Positions 45,771 to 56,159 are shown, numbered from the stretch's first letter. The stretch is 64,000 nt of DNA from Eubacteriales bacterium (GCA_045538895.1 JAZQEH010000028.1:1882-65881); one strand, 5' to 3'. Numbers and translations are program-made. The notes: a model not told the origin generated them from the letters alone.

Positions 45771-47339
45771 TCAATTTTTTGCTTTTTTGACAATACTTTT
45801 AATAAAGTATACACCTATCAATACCCACGCCAGAGCAAGAGAAGTTAAAAGCACGGTTGCAGCCGCTGGCAGCTTGTCAAACTCAAGCCTTACCTTTTGG
45901 TCAAGGCGATAAAGCATGCTGACGTTTTCATACAGTTCGTCAATATACGCATCATCAACCGCCTTTTTGCGGTATGCCGCCTTTGTCACATCGTTAATCA
46001 TCGTACCGGCGGCATCACGAAGCGAAGCGGAACCGTTGAATACAGGCGTTACAAAGGTATTGTCTGTATTTTCAAGCAAAAGCTCGGCAGCATCAATTTT
46101 AACGTTGTAATAGGTGGTATTGTCCTCACCTTTTCTCGAAAGATAATCGGTGTACTCCTGCGACTCATGTGCCTTTGAGGTTACAGGCAAATATCCTTCT
46201 GTGGAGGAATATGCGATCTGCACCTCGTTTGTCAGCAAATACTGAACAAACAACCATGAAGCAAGCACCTCGCCTGCATCATCCTTATTGAATATACAAA
46301 CCGAAGGCCCTTGCGAAATCATCTGTATGTTTTCGGTGTCGAACTGCGGCACAGTCATTACTGCGGTTTCAAATTTTGCAAGCTTATCCTCGCTGATATC
46401 AACAAGCGGAGCCTCGGCACCCATCCACGTAGCACCTGCGGTTGAGTCCACCGCAAAAATACATTCGCCTGCGTTTAAAAGATTTGCGGGATATCCCGAA
46501 CGCTCAAACGTAGAAAAGGCACCGCTCTTTGCGTTTTCGTATATCTTAAGAAGCAGTTCTCTTGTGGTATCGTTGAAAATACGCACATCACCGTATTTGC
46601 TTGAATACTCGCCGCCGCTCTGCTTAAGCAGCTGTATCATCATGTTGTCGGTTGATTTGTATACAAACGGAATCATGACGTCTGAGCCGTTCACCTTGTA
46701 TTTGCCGTTTGCATCCTTTGCGAGTGCGGCATTGGAAACTTCCCACACAAAGTCCCACGTAAGCACGTCGGGCAAGGTGTAGCCAAGCTTTTCAACATAG
46801 GTTTTGTTGACATAGCATGCCTCGGTTGAACGCATAAACGGCATTGCATAATAGTGACCGTCGATGATACATTCATTCATAAACGATGGAATCAACTCGT
46901 CACGGCTTGGAGCATCAAACCTAATCTCGCTGCCCGATAGACCGTAGCGTGAGTCGCTCATGAGTTCATCAAGTGCAACAATTACATTGTCGCCCTGCAT
47001 ATACTCTGCAACGTGGTCGGGATATGTGATACAAACATTTGGTGTTGTATTTGTTGCAAGGTTTGTAAGCACATCGTTTCGTATCATACCGTAATCGGTA
47101 TACGAAGAAAGCGTTACCTTGATATTGGGGTAAATCTTTTCAAAGTCCTCAACAGCTTTAGCGTATATGGCACGCTGGTTCTCGTTGTTTTCGTTCTTTG
47201 CCCAGAAAGTTATCTCATACTGTTTTTCGGTGTCAAAATCATCGGGAATTTCAAACAGCTCATGTTCCACCCTACCGTGGCAACCAAAAAGACAAAGCAC
47301 AGTACACGCAAGCACAAGGCATAAAATAAACTTTCTCAT
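45771..47339 (-). CDS. ABC transporter solute-binding protein (family 1, carbohydrate type) with N-terminal lipobox and C-terminal TM helix
   Basis: Lipobox LFGC. SBP_bac_1-like body. C-terminus AAATVLLTSLALAWVLIGVYFIKSIVKKAKN. Confidence 0.8.
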   Translation of the reverse strand: MRKFILCLVLACTVLCLFGCHGRVEHELFEIPDDFDTEKQYEITFWAKNENNENQRAIYAKAVEDFEKIYPNIKVTLSSYTDYGMIRNDVLTNLATNTTPNVCITYPDHVAEYMQGDNVIVALDELMSDSRYGLSGSEIRFDAPSRDELIPSFMNECIIDGHYYAMPFMRSTEACYVNKTYVEKLGYTLPDVLTWDFVWEVSNAALAKDANGKYKVNGSDVMIPFVYKSTDNMMIQLLKQSGGEYSSKYGDVRIFNDTTRELLLKIYENAKSGAFSTFERSGYPANLLNAGECIFAVDSTAGATWMGAEAPLVDISEDKLAKFETAVMTVPQFDTENIQMISQGPSVCIFNKDDAGEVLASWLFVQYLLTNEVQIAYSSTEGYLPVTSKAHESQEYTDYLSRKGEDNTTYYNVKIDAAELLLENTDNTFVTPVFNGSASLRDAAGTMINDVTKAAYRKKAVDDAYIDELYENVSMLYRLDQKVRLEFDKLPAAATVLLTSLALAWVLIGVYFIKSIVKKAKN

Positions 47340-48178
47340 CCCTTTGTACCTCCCCTGACAACACCTGCCATAATCTTTTTGCGGAAGATAAGGAACACCA
47401 CTATAAGCGGCAGCGAGATTACTACAACCGCCGCCATCATTGCAGGGATGTTTTCACGTCCGAATCCGCTCTCTCTTATCTCCTGAATACCGTTTGAAAC
47501 AAGATAATACGCTTCGTTATCGGTAATAAGACGGGGCCAGATGTAGGAATTCCAGCACTCAATAACCTTTAAAATCGTAACGGTTACGATAGTCGGGCGG
47601 CACATCGGTATCATCACACGGAACAGATATTTTATGTCCGAGGTGCCGTCAACCTTTGCAGCATAGTAAAGATTGTCAGGTATCTGCGAAAAGTTTTCTT
47701 TTAATAAATAAATGTAGAAAACCGATGTCACCGAGGGAAGAATAAGCCCCATAAAGGTGTTACGCAAATCGAGATTTGTAATTGTAACATAGTTTGTAAT
47801 AATTACAAGCTCGCTCGGTATCATCATAAGCGAAAGAAAAAGCGTGAAAAGAATGTCCTTGCCCTTAAAATTAAGGCGTGCAAATGCAAATGCCGCAGGC
47901 ACGATGACCACAAGCATACACGCCGTTGTTGCCACCGTGAAAATAATGGTGTTCAAAAAATAATCGGCAAGCGGTACTGCGGTAAAAGCCTCCTTGTAAT
48001 TGTCAAGTGTCGGAGATGCTACGATAAGCTGCGGAACACGCTCGGCATTGTATGAACCAAAGCTTTTAAGCGATGTAATTACCATGAAGTAAAACGGGAA
48101 AAGTACGGCTATTGCCCATACGGACAGCAAAATGTAAACTATAATTTTTGAAATACTGATTTTTTTCATCGCCGCCAC
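47336..48178 (-). CDS. Carbohydrate ABC transporter permease
   Basis: BPD_transp_1 EAA-type loop (AAKVDGTSDIKYLFRVMIPMCRP). Six TM helices. Confidence 0.88.
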   Translation of the reverse strand: MAAMKKISISKIIVYILLSVWAIAVLFPFYFMVITSLKSFGSYNAERVPQLIVASPTLDNYKEAFTAVPLADYFLNTIIFTVATTACMLVVIVPAAFAFARLNFKGKDILFTLFLSLMMIPSELVIITNYVTITNLDLRNTFMGLILPSVTSVFYIYLLKENFSQIPDNLYYAAKVDGTSDIKYLFRVMIPMCRPTIVTVTILKVIECWNSYIWPRLITDNEAYYLVSNGIQEIRESGFGRENIPAMMAAVVVISLPLIVVFLIFRKKIMAGVVRGGTKG

Positions 48179-48179
48179 C

Positions 48180-49070
48180 TCAATAATGAACGTGCTTTTT
48201 GCTGACTATCAGGTTTATGCACGTTATGGTCAGCACTATTGCAAAAAGTATTATCGCTGCTGCGGATGCATATGAGGGATATCCGCCACCGTTTGAGTAG
48301 AGCATGTCATACACATAGCCGACTATCGTGTTCATTCCGGCAACGTTCAGATTTGTTCCGAAAAGAGCAACCGCATCGCTATATGCCTTGAAAGCACCGA
48401 TAAAGCCTGTGATTATCAGGTAAAAGAGCATCGGCGAAATCATCGGCAGAGTAATTTTGGTGAATATACGGAATTTTGAAGTACCGTCTACCTTTGCGGC
48501 GTTATAATAATCCTGATTTACCGATGCAAGTGCACTTGTAAGCACCAGAATCTTAAACGGCATTACTACCCACACCGTATAAAGGCACAGTACAAACATT
48601 TTTGCAGCATATGAGCCGTCGATAAAATCTATGGCTGTACCGCCGAGGAGCGTTATTATACCGTTGACAAAACCGTCGGTATACGGTGTCTTTTTGAACA
48701 GTATCATAAAAACAAGTCCGACTGCCAGCGTATTTGTAACGTACGGCAAAAAATACACGGTCTGATAAAGTTCACGAAGCGGCTTTATCGAAGCAAGCCC
48801 CATTGAAATAAGAAGTGAAAGGGCTGTTGAAAGCGGTACTGTTATAAGAACCAGAATAAACGTATTCTGCAATGCCTGTAAAAAATACGGGTCATGCAAC
48901 ACATAGGAATAATTATATGTGCCTATACCTAAACTTGTCTGCGATGCAAAGTTGTACCCCTCCTCAACAGAGTAAATAAACACGTCAACAAGGGGATACA
49001 CAAGGAAAATACCAAGGAAAAGTATCGCAGGCAAAAGATACAGCCACGCTTTATAGCTTTGCTTATCCAT
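48180..49070 (-). CDS. Carbohydrate ABC transporter permease
   Basis: AAKVDGTSKFRIFTKITLPMISP loop. Start set to ATG 49070, an 8-nt overlap with the ATPase gene. Confidence 0.88.
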   Translation of the reverse strand: MDKQSYKAWLYLLPAILFLGIFLVYPLVDVFIYSVEEGYNFASQTSLGIGTYNYSYVLHDPYFLQALQNTFILVLITVPLSTALSLLISMGLASIKPLRELYQTVYFLPYVTNTLAVGLVFMILFKKTPYTDGFVNGIITLLGGTAIDFIDGSYAAKMFVLCLYTVWVVMPFKILVLTSALASVNQDYYNAAKVDGTSKFRIFTKITLPMISPMLFYLIITGFIGAFKAYSDAVALFGTNLNVAGMNTIVGYVYDMLYSNGGGYPSYASAAAIILFAIVLTITCINLIVSKKHVHY

Positions 49071-50166
49071 TTTTGCCTCCCATAACAATTCGCTCCTCGG
49101 TTTCTTTATCGTAAATATCAAGCTTACTCGGCTTTACCGAAAATCTGACCGCCGCAGAAGCGATATTTACATTTGAATCAGAGCCAACTATCGCACGGAC
49201 GGTGGCATGAGCGTTATCGTTTTTGGCAACTACGCTGATATCCCTGCCCATTACCTCAACACGGTCAAGTTTGCAAGTGAGCGGACCGTTTTCGTCAAGA
49301 ACAAAGCCCTCGGGACGGATACCGACGTAAACTTCTCTGTCGCTTACGCCTTTGGCATCCATTATGTAATCTTCGCCAATGTAAAGTTTTTCGCCATTAA
49401 CAAATCCGTTGAACACGTTAATAGGCGGTGTGCCGAGGAATTTTGCAACAAAGAGGTTGCAAGGGTCATCGTATACCTCCTGCGGTTTGCCTACCTGCTG
49501 AATAACGCCGTCACGCATAACCACGATAATGTCGGAAATGCTCATTGCTTCTTCCTGGTCATGCGTTACAAACACGGTGGTGATACCCGTTTCATTCTGA
49601 ATTCGTCTTATCTCCTCGCGGGTCTGCAAACGAAGACGTGCGTCAAGGTTTGAAAGAGGCTCATCAAGCAAAAGCACACGGGGCATCTTCACAAGTGCAC
49701 GTGCAATGGCAACTCTCTGTTGCTGACCACCCGAAAGTTCGCTCGGCTTTCTGTCCATAAGTGTATCAATCTGTACAAGCTTGGCAATTTCAAATGCTTT
49801 TTCACGCATCTGTGCTTTAGTAAGCTTTTCCTTGCCCTTAAGATTCTGCAATGGGAAAATAATGTTCTGCAAAACCGTAAGATGCGGATAAAGTGCGTAG
49901 TTCTGGAACACAAGTCCGACTCCGCGTTTTTCCGGTTCAAGGTCGGTAACATCGTCATCACCGAAAAAGATTCTGCCGCTTGTAGGCTTCTGCAAGCCAC
50001 AGATGAGATTGAGTGCGGTACTCTTTCCGCAACCGGAGGGGCCGAGCAAACCGATAAGCTTACCGTCCGGAAACTCAAAATTAAAATTATTTACCGCAAT
50101 TACCTCGCCGCCTTTTTTATTACGCGACGGAAACTTTTTGGTTAAATTCTCAAGTACAACTTTCAT
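49063..50166 (-). CDS. ABC transporter ATP-binding protein (MalK/UgpC type)
   Basis: Walker A GPSGCGKST, signature LSGGQQQRVAIARA, Walker B LLLDEPLS, and a C-terminal TOBE-like domain. Confidence 0.92.
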   Translation of the reverse strand: MKVVLENLTKKFPSRNKKGGEVIAVNNFNFEFPDGKLIGLLGPSGCGKSTALNLICGLQKPTSGRIFFGDDDVTDLEPEKRGVGLVFQNYALYPHLTVLQNIIFPLQNLKGKEKLTKAQMREKAFEIAKLVQIDTLMDRKPSELSGGQQQRVAIARALVKMPRVLLLDEPLSNLDARLRLQTREEIRRIQNETGITTVFVTHDQEEAMSISDIIVVMRDGVIQQVGKPQEVYDDPCNLFVAKFLGTPPINVFNGFVNGEKLYIGEDYIMDAKGVSDREVYVGIRPEGFVLDENGPLTCKLDRVEVMGRDISVVAKNDNAHATVRAIVGSDSNVNIASAAVRFSVKPSKLDIYDKETEERIVMGGKNG

Positions 50167-50205
50167 TTTGTTTTCCTTTTAAATGCAAATTGTTTTTTTG
50201 CCTAT

Positions 50206-50234
50206 ATTATACCGCTTTATACATTATTTTTCAA
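50206..50234 (-). promoter_or_regulatory. Sigma-A promoter of the sugar ABC operon
   Basis: Minus strand reads TTGAAA-17 nt-TATAAT. Confidence 0.6.
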
Positions 50235-50253
50235 GAATAATATAAATTAATGT

Positions 50254-50418
50254 AATAAGATAAATTATTGTTTATGGAATGGTGACGTACCAACCGTGGT
50301 AGGGGACGGCGCCTTCGACGTCCCGCATTAACAAAGACGAAACGGGATGTCCAGGGGGCCATCCCCTACCGGTTTGTGGTTTCCCATTTGCTCTCATAAA
50401 CAATTAATTTATCTTATT
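50254..50418. other. GC-rich structured island flanked by 23/24-nt AT-rich terminal inverted repeats (MITE-like element or small RNA)
   Basis: Left arm aataagataaattattgtttatg (50254-50276) is the reverse complement of right arm cataaacaattaatttatcttatt (50395-50418) apart from one inserted base. The core folds into an outer helix plus two GC hairpins. Confidence 0.6.
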
Positions 50419-50445
50419 GCCATTCGGTATCATCGGTGTTATAAT
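50417..50445 (+). promoter_or_regulatory. Sigma-A promoter of the MATE gene
   Basis: TTGCCA-17 nt-TATAAT. The -35 starts within the last 2 nt of the right inverted-repeat arm. Confidence 0.6.
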
Positions 50446-50490
50446 AGACATGAGGTGATTCCTTTGGAGCAAAACGCAAAATACATAAAA

Positions 50491-51933
50491 ATGACCACCA
50501 CACCGGTTGAAAAACTTATCGCTTCGCTTGCAGTGCCTACCATAATCAGCATGCTTGTAACTTCTTTTTACAACCTTGCCGACACGCTTTTTGTACGTCA
50601 GCTTGAAAATGACAGCATGGTTGCCGCAGTTGGAGTAATCATGCCGCTTATGTCGATAATTCAGGCTTTCGGCTTTTTCTGCGGCCATGGCTCTGCAAAC
50701 TATATCTCCCGTGCATTCGGCAGACGTGACATGAGCAGTGCAGAAAAAATGGCTGCTACAGGTTTTGGATTTGCTTTTTTAATAGGCGTTTTAATCAGCG
50801 TAATCGGACTTACTTTTCGAACACCTCTTGTTACCCTGCTTGGCGCCAAAACCGCCGACACCGTTCGTGAAAGCATAAACTACATGACGTATATTCTGCT
50901 GGCAACACCGTTTATGATGGGGGCTATCGTTATAAACAACCAGCTGCGTATGCAAGGAAACGCTTTTTTTGCAATGATAGGTCTTACATCGGGTGCTGTA
51001 ATTAACCTTATTTTAGACCCGATACTGATTTTTGAAAAAGGCGACTCAATCTTCAGCGGAGCGATTACTATGCCATTCGGTTTCGGTCTCGGTGTTGCGG
51101 GCGCGGCACTTGCTACCGCACTCAGCCAGACAGTAAGCTTTATTCTGCTTGCGATAGGCATGTACCGCAGCGACAACGTAAAAATCAAAATCAGAAATTT
51201 TACACCTACAAAGTATTACATCGGAGGCATAGTTCAAGGCGGTCTTCCCTCTCTTGCAAGACAAGGACTTGCAAGCATTGCCACCTCCTGCCTTAACAAT
51301 TCCATAGGTTTCTTCGTGCTCCCTGCGATGATAGATGCAACTCAGGCCGCTATGACGGGTGTATCACGAATTATGATGTTCCTCTACTCCGCTATCATCG
51401 GTTTCGGTCAGGGCTTTCAGCCGGTTTGCGGTTTCAACTACGGTGCGAAAAAATACGACCGTGTTATAAAGGCATACTATTTCTGCATCAGAGTAGCATT
51501 TATTGTGCTTGTTTGCCTGTCGGTACTCGGTGCAATTTTCGCCGTTCCGATTACCGATGCCATTGCCGGCAGCAGTAAAGAAGCAGCTGAAATAGCAGCA
51601 TTTGTACTCCGCCTGCAGCTTATCGCTTTTCCCCTTATGGCATGGGTTACAATGAGCAACATGATGCTCCAGAATATCGGCAAAACCGCCAGTGCAACTC
51701 TTGTTGCAATGCTACGCCAAGGTATTGCGTTCATCCCAGCGGTATTGCTTTTACCACTTCTTACAGAAGCACTCGGCTTTTCGGGATTGCTTGGCATTGA
51801 GCTTGCACAACCTATAGCCGACGTTATCTCTTTTGCGATTTCTGCCCCGATAGGCAAAGCTGCTATTAATGAAATGAGAAAAGAACTGGTAAAAGAAAAG
51901 TACCATTTGCAAGAACCGATTATAAAAAAATAA
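50491..51933 (+). CDS. MATE-family multidrug/toxin efflux transporter
   Basis: 12-TM MatE pattern (LAVPTIISMLV..., duplicated halves). A conservative ATG start is given. An in-frame TTG at 50463 preceded by GAGGTG is an alternative. The track start at 50347 lies upstream of the promoter. Confidence 0.85.
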   Translation: MTTTPVEKLIASLAVPTIISMLVTSFYNLADTLFVRQLENDSMVAAVGVIMPLMSIIQAFGFFCGHGSANYISRAFGRRDMSSAEKMAATGFGFAFLIGVLISVIGLTFRTPLVTLLGAKTADTVRESINYMTYILLATPFMMGAIVINNQLRMQGNAFFAMIGLTSGAVINLILDPILIFEKGDSIFSGAITMPFGFGLGVAGAALATALSQTVSFILLAIGMYRSDNVKIKIRNFTPTKYYIGGIVQGGLPSLARQGLASIATSCLNNSIGFFVLPAMIDATQAAMTGVSRIMMFLYSAIIGFGQGFQPVCGFNYGAKKYDRVIKAYYFCIRVAFIVLVCLSVLGAIFAVPITDAIAGSSKEAAEIAAFVLRLQLIAFPLMAWVTMSNMMLQNIGKTASATLVAMLRQGIAFIPAVLLLPLLTEALGFSGLLGIELAQPIADVISFAISAPIGKAAINEMRKELVKEKYHLQEPIIKK

Positions 51934-51959
51934 CCGTTCAAAAGAACGGTTATTTTTTT
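51931..51959 (+). terminator. Rho-independent terminator after the MATE gene
   Basis: 9-bp stem taaccgttc / gaacggtta followed by TTTTTTT. It abuts the stop of the convergent ATPase gene. Confidence 0.75.
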
Positions 51960-52689
51960 ATAAAACCTTTGAAAGAAAATCTTTAAGACGTGGGTTCTTG
52001 GGATTTGAGAAGAACTCCTCGGGAGCATTTTCTTCAATCACCTTACCCTCATCCATGAAGATAATGCGGTTTGCAACCTCACGTGCAAAGCCCATTTCAT
52101 GAGTAACGATTACCATGGTCATGCCGTCATCGGCAAGCTTTTTCATAAGGTCAAGCACCTCGCCAACCATTTCAGGGTCAAGGGCACTTGTAGGCTCGTC
52201 AAAAAGCATAACCTGCGGATTCATGGCAAGCGCACGTGCAATGGCAATTCTCTGCTTCTGTCCGCCGGAAAGCTGTGCAGGATATGCATTTGCCTTTTCG
52301 GGAAGCCCTACGATTTCAAGAAGCTCTTTTGCCTTTTTCTCCGCATCCGCCTTGCTCTGTTTTAACAGCTTTATCGGAGCAAGTGTGATGTTTTCGAGTA
52401 TCGAAAGATGCGGGAAGAGATTAAAATGCTGAAAAACCATTCCCATCTTCATGCGAAGCTTGTTTATATCGCATTTTTTATCCGTTATAAGCTGACCGTC
52501 AAAATATATCTCACCTGCAGTAGGCTCCTCAAGACGGTTAAGGCAACGGAGGAAGGTGGATTTGCCGCTACCGGAAGGACCGACAACTACTACCTTTTCG
52601 CCCTTTGCAATATGCTGGTCAACACCCTTTAAAACCTTGATTTCGTCATTCTCGCCGAAATCCTTATAAAGTCCTTTAACGCTTATCAC
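51958..52689 (-). CDS. Amino-acid ABC transporter ATP-binding protein (GlnQ type)
   Basis: Walker [35 protein letters not shown]. Start set to GTG 52689, overlapping the permease stop. Confidence 0.9.
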   Translation of the reverse strand: MISVKGLYKDFGENDEIKVLKGVDQHIAKGEKVVVVGPSGSGKSTFLRCLNRLEEPTAGEIYFDGQLITDKKCDINKLRMKMGMVFQHFNLFPHLSILENITLAPIKLLKQSKADAEKKAKELLEIVGLPEKANAYPAQLSGGQKQRIAIARALAMNPQVMLFDEPTSALDPEMVGEVLDLMKKLADDGMTMVIVTHEMGFAREVANRIIFMDEGKVIEENAPEEFFSNPKNPRLKDFLSKVL

Positions 52690-54079
52690 TCTTAGCCAGC
52701 CTCCTTTCCAGAATAGCCACGCACTTGGAAAGCCCGAGTACCACAACGAGGTAAATCAAAGCTACCGCAATAAGAGGCATAAAGTTACTGTATGTAATTG
52801 AACGTATCTTGATGCCGCCGAGAGTGAGGTCGGCAACGCCGATATAGAATGCAACAGAGGATTCCTTAAGCAATGTGATAAACTCGTTTGCAAGTGACGG
52901 AAGCACCGCCTTGAACGCCTGCGGAATGATGATATACCACATTGTCTGAACGTAGTTAAAGCCAAGGCTTCTGCCCGCCTCGGTCTGTCCCTCGTCAATG
53001 GACATGATACCGCCACGCACGATTTCGGATACGTATGCACCCGAATTGAGTCCGAAGCAGATCACGGCTGCGGTAAACTTTTCAACACCCATCGGAAGCA
53101 GAACTACAAAGTACATTATAAGAAGCTGCACCATAATAGGTGTGCCACGCATAATAGCAAGATATACCTTGCATATGCCGGAGAGAATACCGATTTTGCC
53201 TGTCTTCTGATTAACGCAACGAATTACCGCAACAACAAAACCTATTGCAATACCGAGAAGCACTGCAAACGCTGTGATTTTAAGCGTTGTAAACAAGCCG
53301 TTTACAAGATACATGTACTGATTATTTACAACAAAGTTACGGTGAAAATCGTACTTCAGCGTATTCCAGAGTTTTTCAATCGGTACACTTGTATCAGGCT
53401 TTGTACTGTCATAATTCTTAAGCGCTATATAATCGTTAATACCTGTTCTTAAAGTATTGTAGTTGGAAATATCAATAGTTTCGCCGTTATAGTTAACGGT
53501 TTTTGTATTTGTAATAAGTTCCTTTGCACTTAAAAGCCCGCCGAAAACGGTGTCGACAAGCTCGTCACTGAGATACGGCTCAAATACACCGGGGGTAGTT
53601 TCGTAAAGCTCGATAACTACTTCACCGCTTAACGGTGCAGTCGCAAGCAAATCCTCTTCAACAAGTTTTGCTACGTGAAGCTTGATTTTGGTTGCATTGG
53701 TCTTTTTACCGCTTTCGCTATTGTCAAGATAGAATTTATATACGCTTTCGAGATATTTATCAAGATTGTTTTCAAATGCCGATTTGATATCCAGAGTCTT
53801 ATAAGTACATTCGAGCGTGATGCTCTTATCCATGCCGTAAGACAGATCCGTAACTGTGACCTCGGTATTTGCAGCAACATACTGCGCACCTGTTGAAACG
53901 TTACCGGGAAGCCCTGCAATAGTATCATCCACGATTATTTGAGCATCAGCAATGGAAATCTTAGTGTCAATTCTATTATTAAGCTTTTGAACAAAGTAAA
54001 TACCGAATACTATGGCAACTGTCAAAGCAACACAAATAAGTGCCGCCAGCAGCCCTTTAAACTTTTTCTTTTTCTTCAT
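52676..54079 (-). CDS. Amino-acid ABC permease with ~250-aa N-terminal extracytoplasmic extension
   Basis: The C-terminal ~210 aa is HisM/GlnP-like ([22 protein letters not shown]). The N-terminus is a TM helix followed by a large non-hydrophobic domain. Confidence 0.85.
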   Translation of the reverse strand: MKKKKKFKGLLAALICVALTVAIVFGIYFVQKLNNRIDTKISIADAQIIVDDTIAGLPGNVSTGAQYVAANTEVTVTDLSYGMDKSITLECTYKTLDIKSAFENNLDKYLESVYKFYLDNSESGKKTNATKIKLHVAKLVEEDLLATAPLSGEVVIELYETTPGVFEPYLSDELVDTVFGGLLSAKELITNTKTVNYNGETIDISNYNTLRTGINDYIALKNYDSTKPDTSVPIEKLWNTLKYDFHRNFVVNNQYMYLVNGLFTTLKITAFAVLLGIAIGFVVAVIRCVNQKTGKIGILSGICKVYLAIMRGTPIMVQLLIMYFVVLLPMGVEKFTAAVICFGLNSGAYVSEIVRGGIMSIDEGQTEAGRSLGFNYVQTMWYIIIPQAFKAVLPSLANEFITLLKESSVAFYIGVADLTLGGIKIRSITYSNFMPLIAVALIYLVVVLGLSKCVAILERRLAKSDKR

Positions 54080-54145
54080 CTTTTCTCCATATTACAAACG
54101 GGAATGTCAAGCATTCCCGTTTGATTATGTACTTGTAAGTCTTAA

Positions 54146-54979
54146 TTACTTGATGTACTTTGCAACGATAGCATCAATAGTGCCATCAGCGGTAAGCTCA
54201 TCAATAGCAACGTTGAGCTTGTCAAGAAGCTCGGTGTTTTCCTTAGCAACGCAGATTGCATAGTCTTCATCAGCATATGCAGTGTCGAGAAGCTTAAGGC
54301 CGGCATTTTCGTTAACGAGTGCCTTTGCAGGCTCATTGTCGATAATTACGCAGTCAACGTCGCCGCCAACAAGACCGAGAACAGCCTCGTTACCGTTGGA
54401 GTAACGAACAACGTTTGCATCGCCGAAGTCATCGGTGGAGTAGATGTCACCGGTGGTTGCAAGCTGAACGCCTACCTTGTAGTTTGCACCGTCTGCATAG
54501 AGGTCATCTACAGTAGCGATAGCGGAGCCTTCCTTAACGATGATGGACTGAACACCGTTTGCATAGCTGGAGGTGAAGTTGATGCTCTGAAGACGCTCTT
54601 CGGTAACGGTCATACCAGCCATACCGAAGTCAGCTTCGCCTGCCTGAACTGCAGCGATGATGGAGCTGAACTCCATATCGGAGATAACAAGCTTCATGCC
54701 AAGCTTTGCAGCGATAGCTTCTGCGATTTCAGCATCGATACCGATGATCTTGTCACCCTCATAGTACTCGTAGGGCTGGAAGTATGCATTGGTAGCCATA
54801 ACGAGAACCTGCTCTTCAGCGGGCTCGGTTTCTGCTGCGGTGGTTTCTGCTGCAGTAGTGTTAACTGCTTCTTTGTTTTCAGCAGTGGTGTCTGCTGTGG
54901 TTTCTGCAACGTCGCCGCAAGCTGCGAAGCAGCATACAAGCATCATGGTTGCAAGAAGAACGGATAAAAACTTTTTCAT
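54146..54979 (-). CDS. Amino-acid ABC substrate-binding lipoprotein (SBP_bac_3)
   Basis: Lipobox CFAAC. TTAAETTAAETE linker. PYEY...GIDAEIA and GMTVTEER family motifs. Confidence 0.88.
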   Translation of the reverse strand: MKKFLSVLLATMMLVCCFAACGDVAETTADTTAENKEAVNTTAAETTAAETEPAEEQVLVMATNAYFQPYEYYEGDKIIGIDAEIAEAIAAKLGMKLVISDMEFSSIIAAVQAGEADFGMAGMTVTEERLQSINFTSSYANGVQSIIVKEGSAIATVDDLYADGANYKVGVQLATTGDIYSTDDFGDANVVRYSNGNEAVLGLVGGDVDCVIIDNEPAKALVNENAGLKLLDTAYADEDYAICVAKENTELLDKLNVAIDELTADGTIDAIVAKYIK

Positions 54980-55022
54980 GATAAATTCCTCTTTCTAAAG
55001 ATTAAATTTTACATCGGGATTG

Positions 55023-55051
55023 ATTATACACCCCTAATGTCACAATGTCAA
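55023..55051 (-). promoter_or_regulatory. Sigma-A promoter of the amino-acid ABC operon
   Basis: Minus strand reads TTGACA-17 nt-TATAAT. Confidence 0.65.
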
Positions 55052-55094
55052 TACTTTTTCTCCATTAAATTTATATATATGCAAAAACATAGCA

Positions 55095-55128
55095 TAAATA
55101 TAAAAACCGCCTGTAAAGAGGCGGTTTT
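55095..55128 (-). terminator. Terminator after the GH43 gene
   Basis: 10-bp stem aaaaccgcct / aggcggtttt with a 6-nt loop. The following sequence on the minus strand is T-rich. Confidence 0.65.
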
Positions 55129-55134
55129 GAATTT

Positions 55135-56040
55135 TTATCTTTCTGCGGTAATAATACCGTCTTTTACGTTGAGTTTACAGATACGGGCGGTACGACGCTC
55201 GGTATATCCGCTTTCAACAGCACCGAGAACGTCTCTGCCGTGGTAAATTGCATAATACTGACCGTCAAGCTTGATAACGCTATGGTGGCCTACGCCCTCT
55301 TCCACGTCATTTTTAATCATAACGGGATCGAACTTACCGTCAAGCGTATGCTTTACAAAATCAACTTTAGTAAGGTCTTCTTCTGTGGATTTTGCCGCCG
55401 CATAACCGATATGGTACGTATCATTCTCGTAGCATGCTCCGCTGAACATTACATACTGCCACTCGCCTTCTCTGAACCAGAAAGGCCCCTCAATGGTATG
55501 CCAATCCTTACCGTCACCAAAGCGGTTACGCTTGAAAATCTCCTCGTCGTATGTAGGGACTATAACCTCTTTACGTATTCCTGCAGGAGTCATGGGGTCA
55601 ATAAGCTTGTCAACAAACACTCTTGTACCGATACGGTCGGTTTCAGTATTATCCTCGGCATACCAAAGGAAAAGTCCTGCGCCTGTTTGTACAACGTGAG
55701 CATCTATTGTAAAACGATCAAAGAGACACTTGGTTTCGGTAAAAGGACCGAGCGGTGAAGAACCTACCGCAACGTGCAAAAACTGGAAGCAATCTTTATT
55801 CTGGCACGAGAAATAGAGATAATACTTGCCGTCAAGCTTGATAATACATGGAGCCCAATACTGAACCCATCCGTCAACCTTGCAAATAACGCCCTCGGAT
55901 TTCCACTCGCCGAAAATATCATCAGCCGAATATGCCTGAACACCGCTATTTGCAGTAGCGTAGATATAATACTTGCCGCCGTCCTCAAAAATAAACGGGT
56001 CCGGCTGCGACAAATTAGGCTTATCAATTATGAGTTTCAT
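55135..56040 (-). CDS. Glycoside hydrolase family 43-like enzyme, cytoplasmic
   Basis: DPFIFEDGGKYYIYAT, YWAPCIIKLDGKYYLYFS and IEGPFWF follow the five-bladed propeller pattern. Start set to ATG 56040 after AAGGAG. Confidence 0.78.
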   Translation of the reverse strand: MKLIIDKPNLSQPDPFIFEDGGKYYIYATANSGVQAYSADDIFGEWKSEGVICKVDGWVQYWAPCIIKLDGKYYLYFSCQNKDCFQFLHVAVGSSPLGPFTETKCLFDRFTIDAHVVQTGAGLFLWYAEDNTETDRIGTRVFVDKLIDPMTPAGIRKEVIVPTYDEEIFKRNRFGDGKDWHTIEGPFWFREGEWQYVMFSGACYENDTYHIGYAAAKSTEEDLTKVDFVKHTLDGKFDPVMIKNDVEEGVGHHSVIKLDGQYYAIYHGRDVLGAVESGYTERRTARICKLNVKDGIITAER

Positions 56041-56159
56041 AACGTCACTCCTTACAAACACATATTATTACACATTATTATACTAAAAAAAACGATACTT
56101 GTCAATGCAGTGAATATATGTAAAAGAAGTTGTATTGTGTAAAAAGTATCACCTTTTCA

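Noticed and set aside
50277-50392. Possible hammerhead-type ribozyme, because of the CGAAAC between two hairpins in a three-way junction
   Set aside because: There is no CUGANGA box, and no linker exists between the outer helix and the first hairpin where it would have to be.

I also could not match guanidine, ykkC, fluoride or Mn riboswitch consensus strings from memory. The element lies upstream of the MATE promoter, not in its 5' UTR. It is kept only as an unexplained structured element.
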